Source: an uncultured bacterium
GTDB taxonomy: Bacteria > Patescibacteriota > Patescibacteriia > UBA9570 > XYC2-FULL-38-9
Assembly (NCBI GenBank): GCA_937996685.1
Contig: CALKUP010000015.1
Span: forward strand, 7,900-71,899
DNA: 64,000 nt
Direction of reading: 5' to 3'
Positions 9,908 to 18,989 of this stretch are shown here, one piece after another. Position 1 is the first letter of the stretch. The number at the start of each line of letters is the position of its first letter. The notes beneath the pieces were generated by a model. That model saw only the letters and a list, made by a program, of their open reading frames with translations, was not told where the DNA came from and did no database searches. The translations under genes and the position numbers were made by a program.

Positions 9908-10666
9908 TTATGACCGCACTTCAACCGAAGGGTTCGTAAAACGCTCTTGAAGATCTGGATTATTCTGACATTGCTGTACAAGCGTGAAAAACGCATCTTG
10001 CATTAATGCAACCTCTACTTCATTATGTTGATTTGTCCAAGGCGCACTTCTATCCACAACACCCAAAACACTGAGAGTTGGATCAGCAATAGATTTCAGT
10101 AAATTCGACTTCTTCCCAGATCGTAACAATAAAGAAACGAGTGCTTTCATTTTTTCTGCATACTCCGCAGAAATCAAACCGCGCTGCACTTTTGCATCCA
10201 GCGACAGTGGCCGTGTTTCCTCTCCTGCCTGTACAACACGCGCATCAACAAGAAGTGTCTGTATTCCAGAAGTGATAGACTGATATTCATCAAACATTTG
10301 ATCTGTGTTCAACTCCTGAGGCAATGCTGTAAGCATACGATTGATAAGCTCTCTAAAATAGATTGAAGTCGCCTGGTTCATAGGACTGCGATTACGCTCT
10401 CCTTTATCTATCTCGCGCTTAGTTAAACTGGTCATTTCATGAGGCGTCATGGGCACTGTTCGGTGTAATCGTTGTTTTATTTCAACAAACGACTCAGCTA
10501 ATGCATCTTCACCTTGAGCACTGATTAACGCAAAAATATCTCTTTCCATTTGAGCATCTTTCTGCTCGCGAGCTTCTTGATCTTCCCGAGCCTCTCTTTC
10601 TTTTCGGAGCTCATCATCTGCTTCTGTAAAAACAGGACGCTTAGGGCCTCGGTCAAATGAAGGCAT
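9908..10666 (-). CDS. hypothetical protein (charged, helical)
   Basis: Long ORF; start taken at MPSFDRG. Confidence 0.7.
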   Translation of the reverse strand: MPSFDRGPKRPVFTEADDELRKEREAREDQEAREQKDAQMERDIFALISAQGEDALAESFVEIKQRLHRTVPMTPHEMTSLTKREIDKGERNRSPMNQATSIYFRELINRMLTALPQELNTDQMFDEYQSITSGIQTLLVDARVVQAGEETRPLSLDAKVQRGLISAEYAEKMKALVSLLLRSGKKSNLLKSIADPTLSVLGVVDRSAPWTNQHNEVEVALMQDAFFTLVQQCQNNPDLQERFTNPSVEVRS

Positions 10667-10764
10667 AACAAATATATTTAGTATCAATACTCTTACAAGG
10701 GATATCCTAGCAAAAGGCTAAATCCTTCACAAGCAATCACCATAAACCAATTCTTCATGCAAGG

Positions 10765-12384
10765 CTACCGACGCACTAAATAGTCTTTCCCATATATATT
10801 CGCAAACTCAGTTGTATATAACTCAAGTGTGTTTTGATTTAAAAATGCGAGGAACGGCGTGTTGTTGCGACCAAGCGTTACTGACAGTTGGTGAGTGACG
10901 AAGAAATCTGTTGTTTCTAGATTCACAACATCATTGACCGCAAAATCAGACTGGCAATTCGCGTCATTACATTTCAAGAATCGGATATATCCGCGGGTTG
11001 TGTCCATATATGCAGCCATTGGAAATCCGTCAGGAGCTAGCGCCATCGTCACTCCTTGTCCCATATCACCAGTGAGATCCACAACGGAAAACTGTGCCGC
11101 ACCATTTGAACACACGGTGTCTCCACATTTTGCGATCTTTAAATTTGCATCGGTTTGATCATAATATCCAACCACCGGCAGTGCGTCTGGACCTACCACC
11201 AATGAATTATAGGAGCCGACCTCTGAAGCTCCTCCGTCATCTAGAACATTTAAAATACTGACCTCGCAATCAAACAATGGGCAAGTCGCGACCTTTAATG
11301 TACCTGCCCTTGAATAGGAAATATAGGTAAACCCTAATGGTGATGTCGCAATACTCACTGGATTCTGACTGACATTGTCTGCATCAAGGGTTCGTGTGAC
11401 ATTCCCAGACGCACAATCAAGACTGCCGCATGATGTTATTTTTAAGTCTGCCGTAGCCGAATCAACATACGCAATAATTGGAAAGCCGCGCTCATTCACC
11501 GTCACTGACAAAAATCCTGTTTGAATATTTTCAACCGATGTAATCACATTGCCGCTAGAGCACGTCGGATTCCCGCATTTCAATAACATGAGATGATGAT
11601 CACTCCAGCGATCATAGACAATGACAGGATTTCCGTCAGACCCAATAATCATCGCGGTGTACAGCGTTGCATCATCCGACAATACGGAAACAGTCGACGC
11701 GGTACATGCAACATTTTCGCAATGGACAAATTTTAAATCACGATCATTCACATTTGTATATGAAATAACCGGCAGCCCGTCTGTGCCAATTGTGGTTGAT
11801 GCACCGGCACCAATATATCCACCACCTGAACCATCAACCGAAGTTGTGATATTTCTTGCTGGAACAGATGGGATTGCTGGTAAAATAGGATCTGCTGCCG
11901 CAACACCAGTTTCATCAGTAGCGCATTCCCAACTACTTGCGCCCATTTTCGCAATTTGCCCTGCGGAACAACTTGGTAACGAGCGAATCGCCGCAACGGT
12001 TGCTTGCAGCGCTGTGAGACTTGAGCTGAGCGTTGCTGTTGTGGTCTCAGTCGTATTCACACGAGAACCCAATGTCTCCACTTGCCCGCTCAAAGTACTC
12101 GCCGCTGCACCCTGCCCTGTCACCGTCGCCTGCAACGCACTCACATCAACCCCGTCAACTGTCTTATTTTCTGGAACGGTAATATTTCCTGTCACTCGTA
12201 AATCATCTTTCACAGTCACCGGCTTTGCTCCTTTTTGCTGAAGATATCCTGTGCTTTTGAATACGACACTTGCAACATTTGTCAGCTTCACTGGTGTTGC
12301 TGCGCCTGCTGCCGCTGGAGCTACCGCACTCAAACAAATACTGAATGCCACAACAAGACGACGGATCGAGAAAAAAGTACGCAT
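10765..12384 (-). CDS. secreted fibre/adhesin-like protein with Cys-paired repeats
   Basis: Signal peptide, heptad stalk, CSAGQ..WEC motif, about 6 repeats of G.DG.P.I.Y....LK...C....C. Confidence 0.75.
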   Translation of the reverse strand: MRTFFSIRRLVVAFSICLSAVAPAAAGAATPVKLTNVASVVFKSTGYLQQKGAKPVTVKDDLRVTGNITVPENKTVDGVDVSALQATVTGQGAAASTLSGQVETLGSRVNTTETTTATLSSSLTALQATVAAIRSLPSCSAGQIAKMGASSWECATDETGVAAADPILPAIPSVPARNITTSVDGSGGGYIGAGASTTIGTDGLPVISYTNVNDRDLKFVHCENVACTASTVSVLSDDATLYTAMIIGSDGNPVIVYDRWSDHHLMLLKCGNPTCSSGNVITSVENIQTGFLSVTVNERGFPIIAYVDSATADLKITSCGSLDCASGNVTRTLDADNVSQNPVSIATSPLGFTYISYSRAGTLKVATCPLFDCEVSILNVLDDGGASEVGSYNSLVVGPDALPVVGYYDQTDANLKIAKCGDTVCSNGAAQFSVVDLTGDMGQGVTMALAPDGFPMAAYMDTTRGYIRFLKCNDANCQSDFAVNDVVNLETTDFFVTHQLSVTLGRNNTPFLAFLNQNTLELYTTEFANIYGKDYLVRR

Positions 12385-12521
12385 ATATATTTTGATGTTG
12401 TGTTTATACAGAAAGTATACCCAGACAACAACAGAGCGTCAAAGAAAGAGAGGCTTTTTTTCAATGCCGAACAATGCTATATTCTACACAGAAGATCAAC
12501 AAGATATTTTACGCAAAATCT

Positions 12522-12758
12522 ATGAAAACAATGACCTGCAAACAACTCGGCGGACCATGTGAGATGGCATTTCACACCAACACTGCTGATGAAGCAATTA
12601 AAGCCCAAGACAAACACTTGAAAGAAATGGTTGCTCAAGGCGACGTCGCACACGAACCAGCGAATACAGAAATGCGTGGTCGTTGGAAAAACCCAATTGG
12701 GGGCATAAAGTGGTATATGAAAGCGAAAAAAGATTTCGCTGCATTGTCTGAAGAATAA
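12522..12758 (+). CDS. small DUF1059-like protein
   Basis: MKTMTCKQLGGPC...H motif. Confidence 0.7.
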   Translation: MKTMTCKQLGGPCEMAFHTNTADEAIKAQDKHLKEMVAQGDVAHEPANTEMRGRWKNPIGGIKWYMKAKKDFAALSEE

Positions 12759-12772
12759 TTATTTTCATACCT

Positions 12773-13333
12773 ATGGCAAAAAAATCTCTTTCTGCAAAAC
12801 AACAAACTGAATTACTTAGTACATTGCAAACTCGTTTTGAAAAAAACATGAATCGCCACAAAGGCGTGAAATGGGACGCTGTTGCAAAACGACTTGAAGC
12901 AAAACCAGCAGCACTCTGGTCACTCTTTCAAATGGAAGAAACCGGCGGTGAACCTGATGTCGTTCGGATCAATAAAAAAACTAGTGAACTCTTGTTTATT
13001 GACTGCGCTCCAGAAAGTCCGAAAGGTCGCAGAAGTTTTTGCTTTGATCGCGCTTCCCTGAATTCTCGCAAAACCTTTAAACCAAAAAATAGCGCACTCG
13101 ATGCAGCAAAAGAAATGGGTATTGAAATTCTCACAGAGGAAGACTATCGTTTCCTGCAAACCCTTGGCGAATTCGATACCAAAACATCCAGCTGGATCGC
13201 AACCCCAACAGAAATTCGAAAACGCGGCGGCGCACTATTTTGTGACCGACGATATGACCATGTTTTCGTTTATCACAATGGCGCAGAATCATATTACGCA
13301 GCCCGTGGATTCCGAGGCTCACTGTTAGTGTAA
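12773..13333 (+). CDS. DUF4256 family protein
   Basis: METGGEPDV, ESPKGRRS, VYHNGAESYYAARGFRG. Confidence 0.85.
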   Translation: MAKKSLSAKQQTELLSTLQTRFEKNMNRHKGVKWDAVAKRLEAKPAALWSLFQMEETGGEPDVVRINKKTSELLFIDCAPESPKGRRSFCFDRASLNSRKTFKPKNSALDAAKEMGIEILTEEDYRFLQTLGEFDTKTSSWIATPTEIRKRGGALFCDRRYDHVFVYHNGAESYYAARGFRGSLLV

Positions 13334-13405
13334 GTACTGATTAACTACTGTCCATTGAATGCAATCTATATTGCGTCTACTATTTTTTTACTTCTACATG
13401 TGACT

Positions 13406-14155
13406 ATGAAAAAAGGGAAAACTCTCACAACCATTCTTGAACAGATTGGACTCAGCGAACAAGAACAAACCCTCTACCTCGCTCTGCTGCATATGGGCAG
13501 CGGAACACTCGCTGACATTGTTCGTGAAACAAAAACGCATCGCCCGACAATGCAAAAATGGATTCCCCTACTTCTTGAAAAGGATCTGATTTCAGCAGTA
13601 ACCAAAGGGAAACGCACGGTATATTATCCTGCTTCCCCGACTCAATTACAAACACTTGTTCAAGAAACCGAACGCGCTTTAAGTGCTTTTTTGCCGAACC
13701 TACAAGATATTTACGATACAACGCACGAAAAACCGACGATTCGATATTTTGAAGGAAAAAATATTACAACTCTTATTTACACGGACGTGCTAGATACATG
13801 TCAAAAAGGTGACATCATCTATCGACATGAAGCGCCCGTCAATTACAAAACATTCACTGAATGGTTGCCGCCTGAATATTTTGAACGAATGCGTGAGCGC
13901 AAAGAAGTTCAGCAATTTGTTATTGTGAATGAAAAAACTGCCAAAGGAAAAAAGCACCTAGACGAAGATATTGAACGTGTTGTACCGACCGATATACACC
14001 TATTCAACACAAACGTTACCCAACTGATTTATAAACACAAAATTGCATTTATTGATTTTGAATCGAGCACTGCTTGGATTATCGAGAACACACGCTTTGC
14101 AGAATTTCAACGCGCGTTGTTTATTGCATTGTTTCAAACACTGGAAAACATCTAA
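13406..14155 (+). CDS. TrmB-family transcriptional regulator
   Basis: LEQIGLSEQE..LYLALL wHTH; PTIRYFEG linker. Confidence 0.85.
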   Translation: MKKGKTLTTILEQIGLSEQEQTLYLALLHMGSGTLADIVRETKTHRPTMQKWIPLLLEKDLISAVTKGKRTVYYPASPTQLQTLVQETERALSAFLPNLQDIYDTTHEKPTIRYFEGKNITTLIYTDVLDTCQKGDIIYRHEAPVNYKTFTEWLPPEYFERMRERKEVQQFVIVNEKTAKGKKHLDEDIERVVPTDIHLFNTNVTQLIYKHKIAFIDFESSTAWIIENTRFAEFQRALFIALFQTLENI

Positions 14156-14156
14156 G

Positions 14157-17100
14157 CTATTTGCTTACAGCGAAAGTTCCGTTAGTCTTGAGCTTCCATG
14201 TGCGACTCACGCGTTTGCCTGATTTGCCATAGGTCACAGTCACTTGTTTCTTTTTTGTATTCACCGACAAGACTGGCTTTGATAAGTCGGTCACAGTAAG
14301 CGATTGTGATTGCTGTTTTGTGAGCGTATGCGCAGTTGTTAAACGCATTCCATAGACTCGCGCAGTCTTTCCTTTGACTGCTGCAATAAAGACTGAATCA
14401 TAACTATTGTATACCCGAGTCACAGCAATGCGATAATTTGCGCTTGTGTAGGCTGTTTTTCCAATTGTTTTTTTCGCTACTTGTACTCCATTTTTAAAGA
14501 CACGAACATCTTTACCGTTTGTTACAACAATACGCTTTTTATCTGTCGATAAGGCATATCGAAAATTTTTCGACGTTCCAAATGGTCTGAGTGTTGCAGT
14601 TGTTGTATCAGCATATGTCACTGTCAGCGCGGCACCACTTTGACGCACCGTCCGCACTGCTCCGTGATCTACCGGCGTTGTATCAACTGGCTCTGGAACA
14701 ACTTCAGGAGCGACAACCGTTACTGTGCGAGTCACTTCTGTTGCGGCATTTCCTGTACTATCTTGCACGTTATACCGCAATGTATATGTCCCAACAGTAT
14801 TCACATCAACGCTACCCGTTTGCACAATACTACTGGTGACCACACCCTGGACCGCATCTGTCGCTGTTGCTCCAGCGTCCGTATAACTATCACCTTGCGT
14901 GATTGTGACCGCGGAATTGCCAAGCAATGAAATCGTTGGTGCTGCCCGATCAAGTGTCACAGTAGACGCGACAGCTGATACTGTTGTATTTCCAAGTGCG
15001 TCTTGATACCGCAGTGTCACTGTGTACACACCGTCTGCCAAAGTTGATGCAGACGCAGAAGTAACATGGCTAGAAGTAAATAAATTTGAAAGTTGAAGCG
15101 TACTATTTACAGATTGCGTTGTATCCATCAACAACGTTGTTGAGCCGCTGGCATTATCAAATGACACTGAAATAGTGTTTGATTGTGGCCCTTCTGGAAG
15201 AGAATATTGCAATTGCAACGCGTTATTAAAACTACTGCTCGCAGGTGATGTGAGCGTCGGGGTTTGGGTTGTTGTATCAATAATAACACTCGTTGCAACA
15301 GCACTCGTTGCTGGATTATTACGACCATCACGATAACTAAGTGTCACAGTGTGTGTTCCGTCAGCAAGGACTGGCATCGCACTTGGCGTAATCGTATTGA
15401 TATTTGAAAGATTATCAAAATTTACTTGATTGCCACTATCTGCAGGATTAAACAAAAAATTCACTGACTGACTATTTTCCATTTGGAATACTACCGTGCC
15501 ACTGGTTGCTACATTCGTGAATGTGACACGCACGCTTCCGGCAAGTGGTGCTTCTGGAAGAGAATATTGCAGACGGACTCGATTCATCGATCCTGACCCT
15601 GGCGATGACAATGTTGGTGATTGCGTAACAGTGTCAACTGTAACCGTCGTTTGCGCTGCAACAGAAATATCCCCTTCATCATCCACGGAAAAAATACTGT
15701 AGTAATAAAGACGATCCAGCAAATCATTATCTGAACGTGTTGTTCCGGTCACACCACTCGCAACAGCTGAGCCATCCGTCACACTCGTCGGATACGCTGA
15801 TGTACTACGACGAATTGTCACTGACGAAAAATGCGGATCGGTTGAATTTGTCCACGCAAGGTTCACGTCATTCCCAACAGCTGTCGCAGTAAAAGCCGTC
15901 GGCGGAGTGGTATAGCCTAATTCGTACGCACCAATATCACAATTGGTATTTTGCGGGCGAGAAGTTTGCCGTGAATCTGTTATAAGAGCCGAACCAGCTG
16001 CATCTGTACATGACACAGGCGGGATAAGATTTAATGTATCACCAACTCCTGACAATGCGAGTGTTTGCACAAAACCTCCATTATTTGCCGGCACCGCTGT
16101 TGCCATGTAACTCGGTGGCACTGGATGATTGAATGAATCTCCTGTCACTGAGGTGATAAAACAATCTTCTCTTAATTCCCCAATATAATTATAGCCTTGT
16201 GATGTAAGGTTTCCTTGGCAATCCTCATAAAAAGGTGATGGCATTGGAGCAACAAAATTGGATGCAATAATGTTATTTTTCAGAATAACATTACTAAATC
16301 CCCCACTATAGACACCAGCTGCAATACCTGCATGATTATTTGTAAAGGTTGAAAACGCAATCACAATTTCTGGTGTATCACCTGTACTTGAATTGAATCC
16401 ACCCCCAGTATCAGATGCGGTATTATTATAAAACGTACCATTAGTAATCTGCATTGGCGTGCCAGCAAATACACCACCTCCAGCCACCGCTGTGTTCTCA
16501 ATAAAGGTGACACGATTCATAACAATTGGATTATTCCCTTCAGGCCCAGAACCAGAAAGACCTCCACCAGCATCTACCGCTGCTGTATTATTTGTAAACT
16601 CAACATCGGTGAGCGTATTGGTTGTTGTTGTGTTTGTATCAATAAACATACCACCGCCACTAGCAGCTGAGTTTCCAGAAATGATTGTACGACTGATATC
16701 AGATGTACAATCACCTGAAATTCCGATACCGCCACCAAACACTGTTTGCACCCCTGGATCAGCTGACATGTTGCCACTCACTGTCACATCCGTCAGTGTT
16801 ATATCCCCGGCTGCACAATAGATACCAGCGCCATACTGCGAAATAATCCCACTTGGGTTATCAAGGACACTATTTTGGATTGTCACATGTGAAAACACCA
16901 ATGAGCCCTCATTTAATACACCGCCACCATTTGCACTGGTCACTGAACTGTCATTCACAGTCACACCAGACATTGTCGCTCGCGCCCCGCTGGCAATATG
17001 AAAAGCACGGTCAAGATCATCTGAGTCAATAATGGTCGTTGCCATGTCAGCGCCAGTCACGGTTGTGAGGTCTGCATCAAGAAAGTCAAAATCACCCGTT

Positions 17101-17351
17101 ACATTCAAGTCTTCACCTGCTCCTGATCGTGTAATATGGTACGTATTTGCTGGCAACACAATCGTATCAACACCTCCACTATTTGCCGCAGTCACTGCTT
17201 CACGCAACGAACAATCGGAGTCACATGTACCGTCGGCTGTATCGGTATTTTTTGTGACTGTATACGTTGCGGCGTGTGCAACTGTTGGCGTCAATCCAAT
17301 AAGAACAAAGAAGAGAATTGATAACGCGCTACCATAAAATATTTTCAGCAT
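14157..17351 (-). CDS. large surface protein: CSLREA domain, Pmp-like beta-helix, FN3/Ig-like and DUF5011 domains, basic C-terminal domain
   Basis: Signal peptide, DCSLREAV, N.A..GGG repeats, CDIGAYE, YTDAGATATD. Confidence 0.85.
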   Translation of the reverse strand: MLKIFYGSALSILFFVLIGLTPTVAHAATYTVTKNTDTADGTCDSDCSLREAVTAANSGGVDTIVLPANTYHITRSGAGEDLNVTGDFDFLDADLTTVTGADMATTIIDSDDLDRAFHIASGARATMSGVTVNDSSVTSANGGGVLNEGSLVFSHVTIQNSVLDNPSGIISQYGAGIYCAAGDITLTDVTVSGNMSADPGVQTVFGGGIGISGDCTSDISRTIISGNSAASGGGMFIDTNTTTTNTLTDVEFTNNTAAVDAGGGLSGSGPEGNNPIVMNRVTFIENTAVAGGGVFAGTPMQITNGTFYNNTASDTGGGFNSSTGDTPEIVIAFSTFTNNHAGIAAGVYSGGFSNVILKNNIIASNFVAPMPSPFYEDCQGNLTSQGYNYIGELREDCFITSVTGDSFNHPVPPSYMATAVPANNGGFVQTLALSGVGDTLNLIPPVSCTDAAGSALITDSRQTSRPQNTNCDIGAYELGYTTPPTAFTATAVGNDVNLAWTNSTDPHFSSVTIRRSTSAYPTSVTDGSAVASGVTGTTRSDNDLLDRLYYYSIFSVDDEGDISVAAQTTVTVDTVTQSPTLSSPGSGSMNRVRLQYSLPEAPLAGSVRVTFTNVATSGTVVFQMENSQSVNFLFNPADSGNQVNFDNLSNINTITPSAMPVLADGTHTVTLSYRDGRNNPATSAVATSVIIDTTTQTPTLTSPASSSFNNALQLQYSLPEGPQSNTISVSFDNASGSTTLLMDTTQSVNSTLQLSNLFTSSHVTSASASTLADGVYTVTLRYQDALGNTTVSAVASTVTLDRAAPTISLLGNSAVTITQGDSYTDAGATATDAVQGVVTSSIVQTGSVDVNTVGTYTLRYNVQDSTGNAATEVTRTVTVVAPEVVPEPVDTTPVDHGAVRTVRQSGAALTVTYADTTTATLRPFGTSKNFRYALSTDKKRIVVTNGKDVRVFKNGVQVAKKTIGKTAYTSANYRIAVTRVYNSYDSVFIAAVKGKTARVYGMRLTTAHTLTKQQSQSLTVTDLSKPVLSVNTKKKQVTVTYGKSGKRVSRTWKLKTNGTFAVSK

Positions 17352-17462
17352 AAAGATATAATTGATTTTGAAAGATTATCTTTATTCTATCATAGATTCA
17401 TTGCGTGTGACTACAAAAAAAGGCGGCTCATGTGCCACCTTTTTTAGAGAACTCTTATGTTC

Positions 17463-17798
17463 TTATTTTACTGCGAGCAACTCAACGTCGAAATGCAACG
17501 TTGCGCCACCAGGGATCACGCCCGGAATACCCATTGGTCCATATGCCAAGTCTGATGGGATGACCAATTTCCGTGTTCCGCCAACTTTCATCCCAGCAAC
17601 ACCTTCATCCCAACCAGCAATCACCATGCCGCCACCGAGCGCGAATTCAAACGGCCCACGCGCGCGTGAACTATCAAACTGCGTTCCGTCTTCCAATGTT
17701 CCAGTGTAATGCACTGAAACCATCATGCCTTTAACAGCTTCCGCTCCGTCACCCACTGTGACATCTTCATATTGTAAGCCTGTGTTTGTTGTAACCAT
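17463..17798 (-). CDS. FKBP-type peptidyl-prolyl isomerase
   Basis: VHYTGTLEDGTQFDSS, VIAGWDEG, LAYG. Confidence 0.95.
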   Translation of the reverse strand: MVTTNTGLQYEDVTVGDGAEAVKGMMVSVHYTGTLEDGTQFDSSRARGPFEFALGGGMVIAGWDEGVAGMKVGGTRKLVIPSDLAYGPMGIPGVIPGGATLHFDVELLAVK

Positions 17799-17885
17799 AC
17801 ATAATCAATCAATAATAGACTCATACTGTAACACAAAGTCCCTGACTCTATCTAGTTCTTGGTTCTTGTGGTAGGGTCTCTCTGA

Positions 17886-18956
17886 ATGAATACACCTATT
17901 ATACCGAGTCCAACACAACGCGATTTTCTTGTTATTTACAGCAATATCGATGCCCACAGCGCAGCTGACGGGGGTTATACTGGAGTTTCCCCATTTGCTG
18001 GACGAGGTGAAATGGCAAGCTGCAATCGCAGTTATGCCTATCTCTTGAAATATGCCAAACGCATTGGAATGTCTGGCGGATTTGCGACCGTTGCTGATAT
18101 TAGCGCAGCCGGCACCGTCTCTTCCTATTGGACATACACCACTCAATGGAATCGTGTCCACACCCCTGCCACAACAACAGTGGTGTTTGATAAATTCTCA
18201 AATGCTGAGCACACGAATGATGCAGCAATGAAACAATTGCTTGGTGACTCTGAATCGATTGCGCTGTATCACAATCACGACACACGGATGTTGTTTGATA
18301 ACAAACTCACCACCCACGCCGCCCTCTCCCAATACATGTTGCCGACTGTTGCGGTCAATCTTGGTTCACTCAAAACTATGAACGCAGCCAAACGCGCGCT
18401 CAAAAAACAAATCGACAATCATGCGCATATTGAAGACTTTACAAAAGAGTTGATTTTAAAAGATGTCTTCGGCGGTGGTGGCGATCATATTTATAAAATT
18501 CATACAGATGCAGCGTTTGCGAAAATCCCAACCGGTGTTGATGATGTGCAATTTTTATTACAACCATTTATTCATGCCAGCAATTTTGATACTGGGCGCA
18601 AAAATGGCAAGGCTGATTTACGCGTGATTATCGGTGATAAACAAATTTTGCAAAGTTTTATTCGCACAGCCAAAAGTGGTGATTTTCGCGCGAACACAAA
18701 ACAAGGCGGCGCGATTGATTACATCACGACAGATGACATTCCAGAACAAGTCGTGAAAATGATTGCAAAGATTCAAAAAACCGCACGTCTCAAAACCGGC
18801 ATGTACACCCTTGATTTTATGCGTAGCAAAAACGGCAACTTATATCTCGTTGAAGGAAACGCAAGCCCAGGACTTACCTGGTCAAACCCTGAAGATGAAC
18901 GCCGTGCAAAACAATTGATTCGCATTATCGTCAAACAACTACAGCTCATGAAGTAA
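17886..18956 (+). CDS. ATP-grasp (RimK-like) ligase
   Basis: DNK, ILKD..GGGG, DLRV, FRAN..QGG, VEGNASPG. Confidence 0.8.
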   Translation: MNTPIIPSPTQRDFLVIYSNIDAHSAADGGYTGVSPFAGRGEMASCNRSYAYLLKYAKRIGMSGGFATVADISAAGTVSSYWTYTTQWNRVHTPATTTVVFDKFSNAEHTNDAAMKQLLGDSESIALYHNHDTRMLFDNKLTTHAALSQYMLPTVAVNLGSLKTMNAAKRALKKQIDNHAHIEDFTKELILKDVFGGGGDHIYKIHTDAAFAKIPTGVDDVQFLLQPFIHASNFDTGRKNGKADLRVIIGDKQILQSFIRTAKSGDFRANTKQGGAIDYITTDDIPEQVVKMIAKIQKTARLKTGMYTLDFMRSKNGNLYLVEGNASPGLTWSNPEDERRAKQLIRIIVKQLQLMK

Positions 18957-18983
18957 AAAATACCCGGTGCGCCGGGTATTTTT
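18955..18983. terminator. bidirectional intrinsic terminator
   Basis: AAAAATACCCGG-tgcg-CCGGGTATTTTT. Confidence 0.8.
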
Positions 18984-18989
18984 CTGCTC

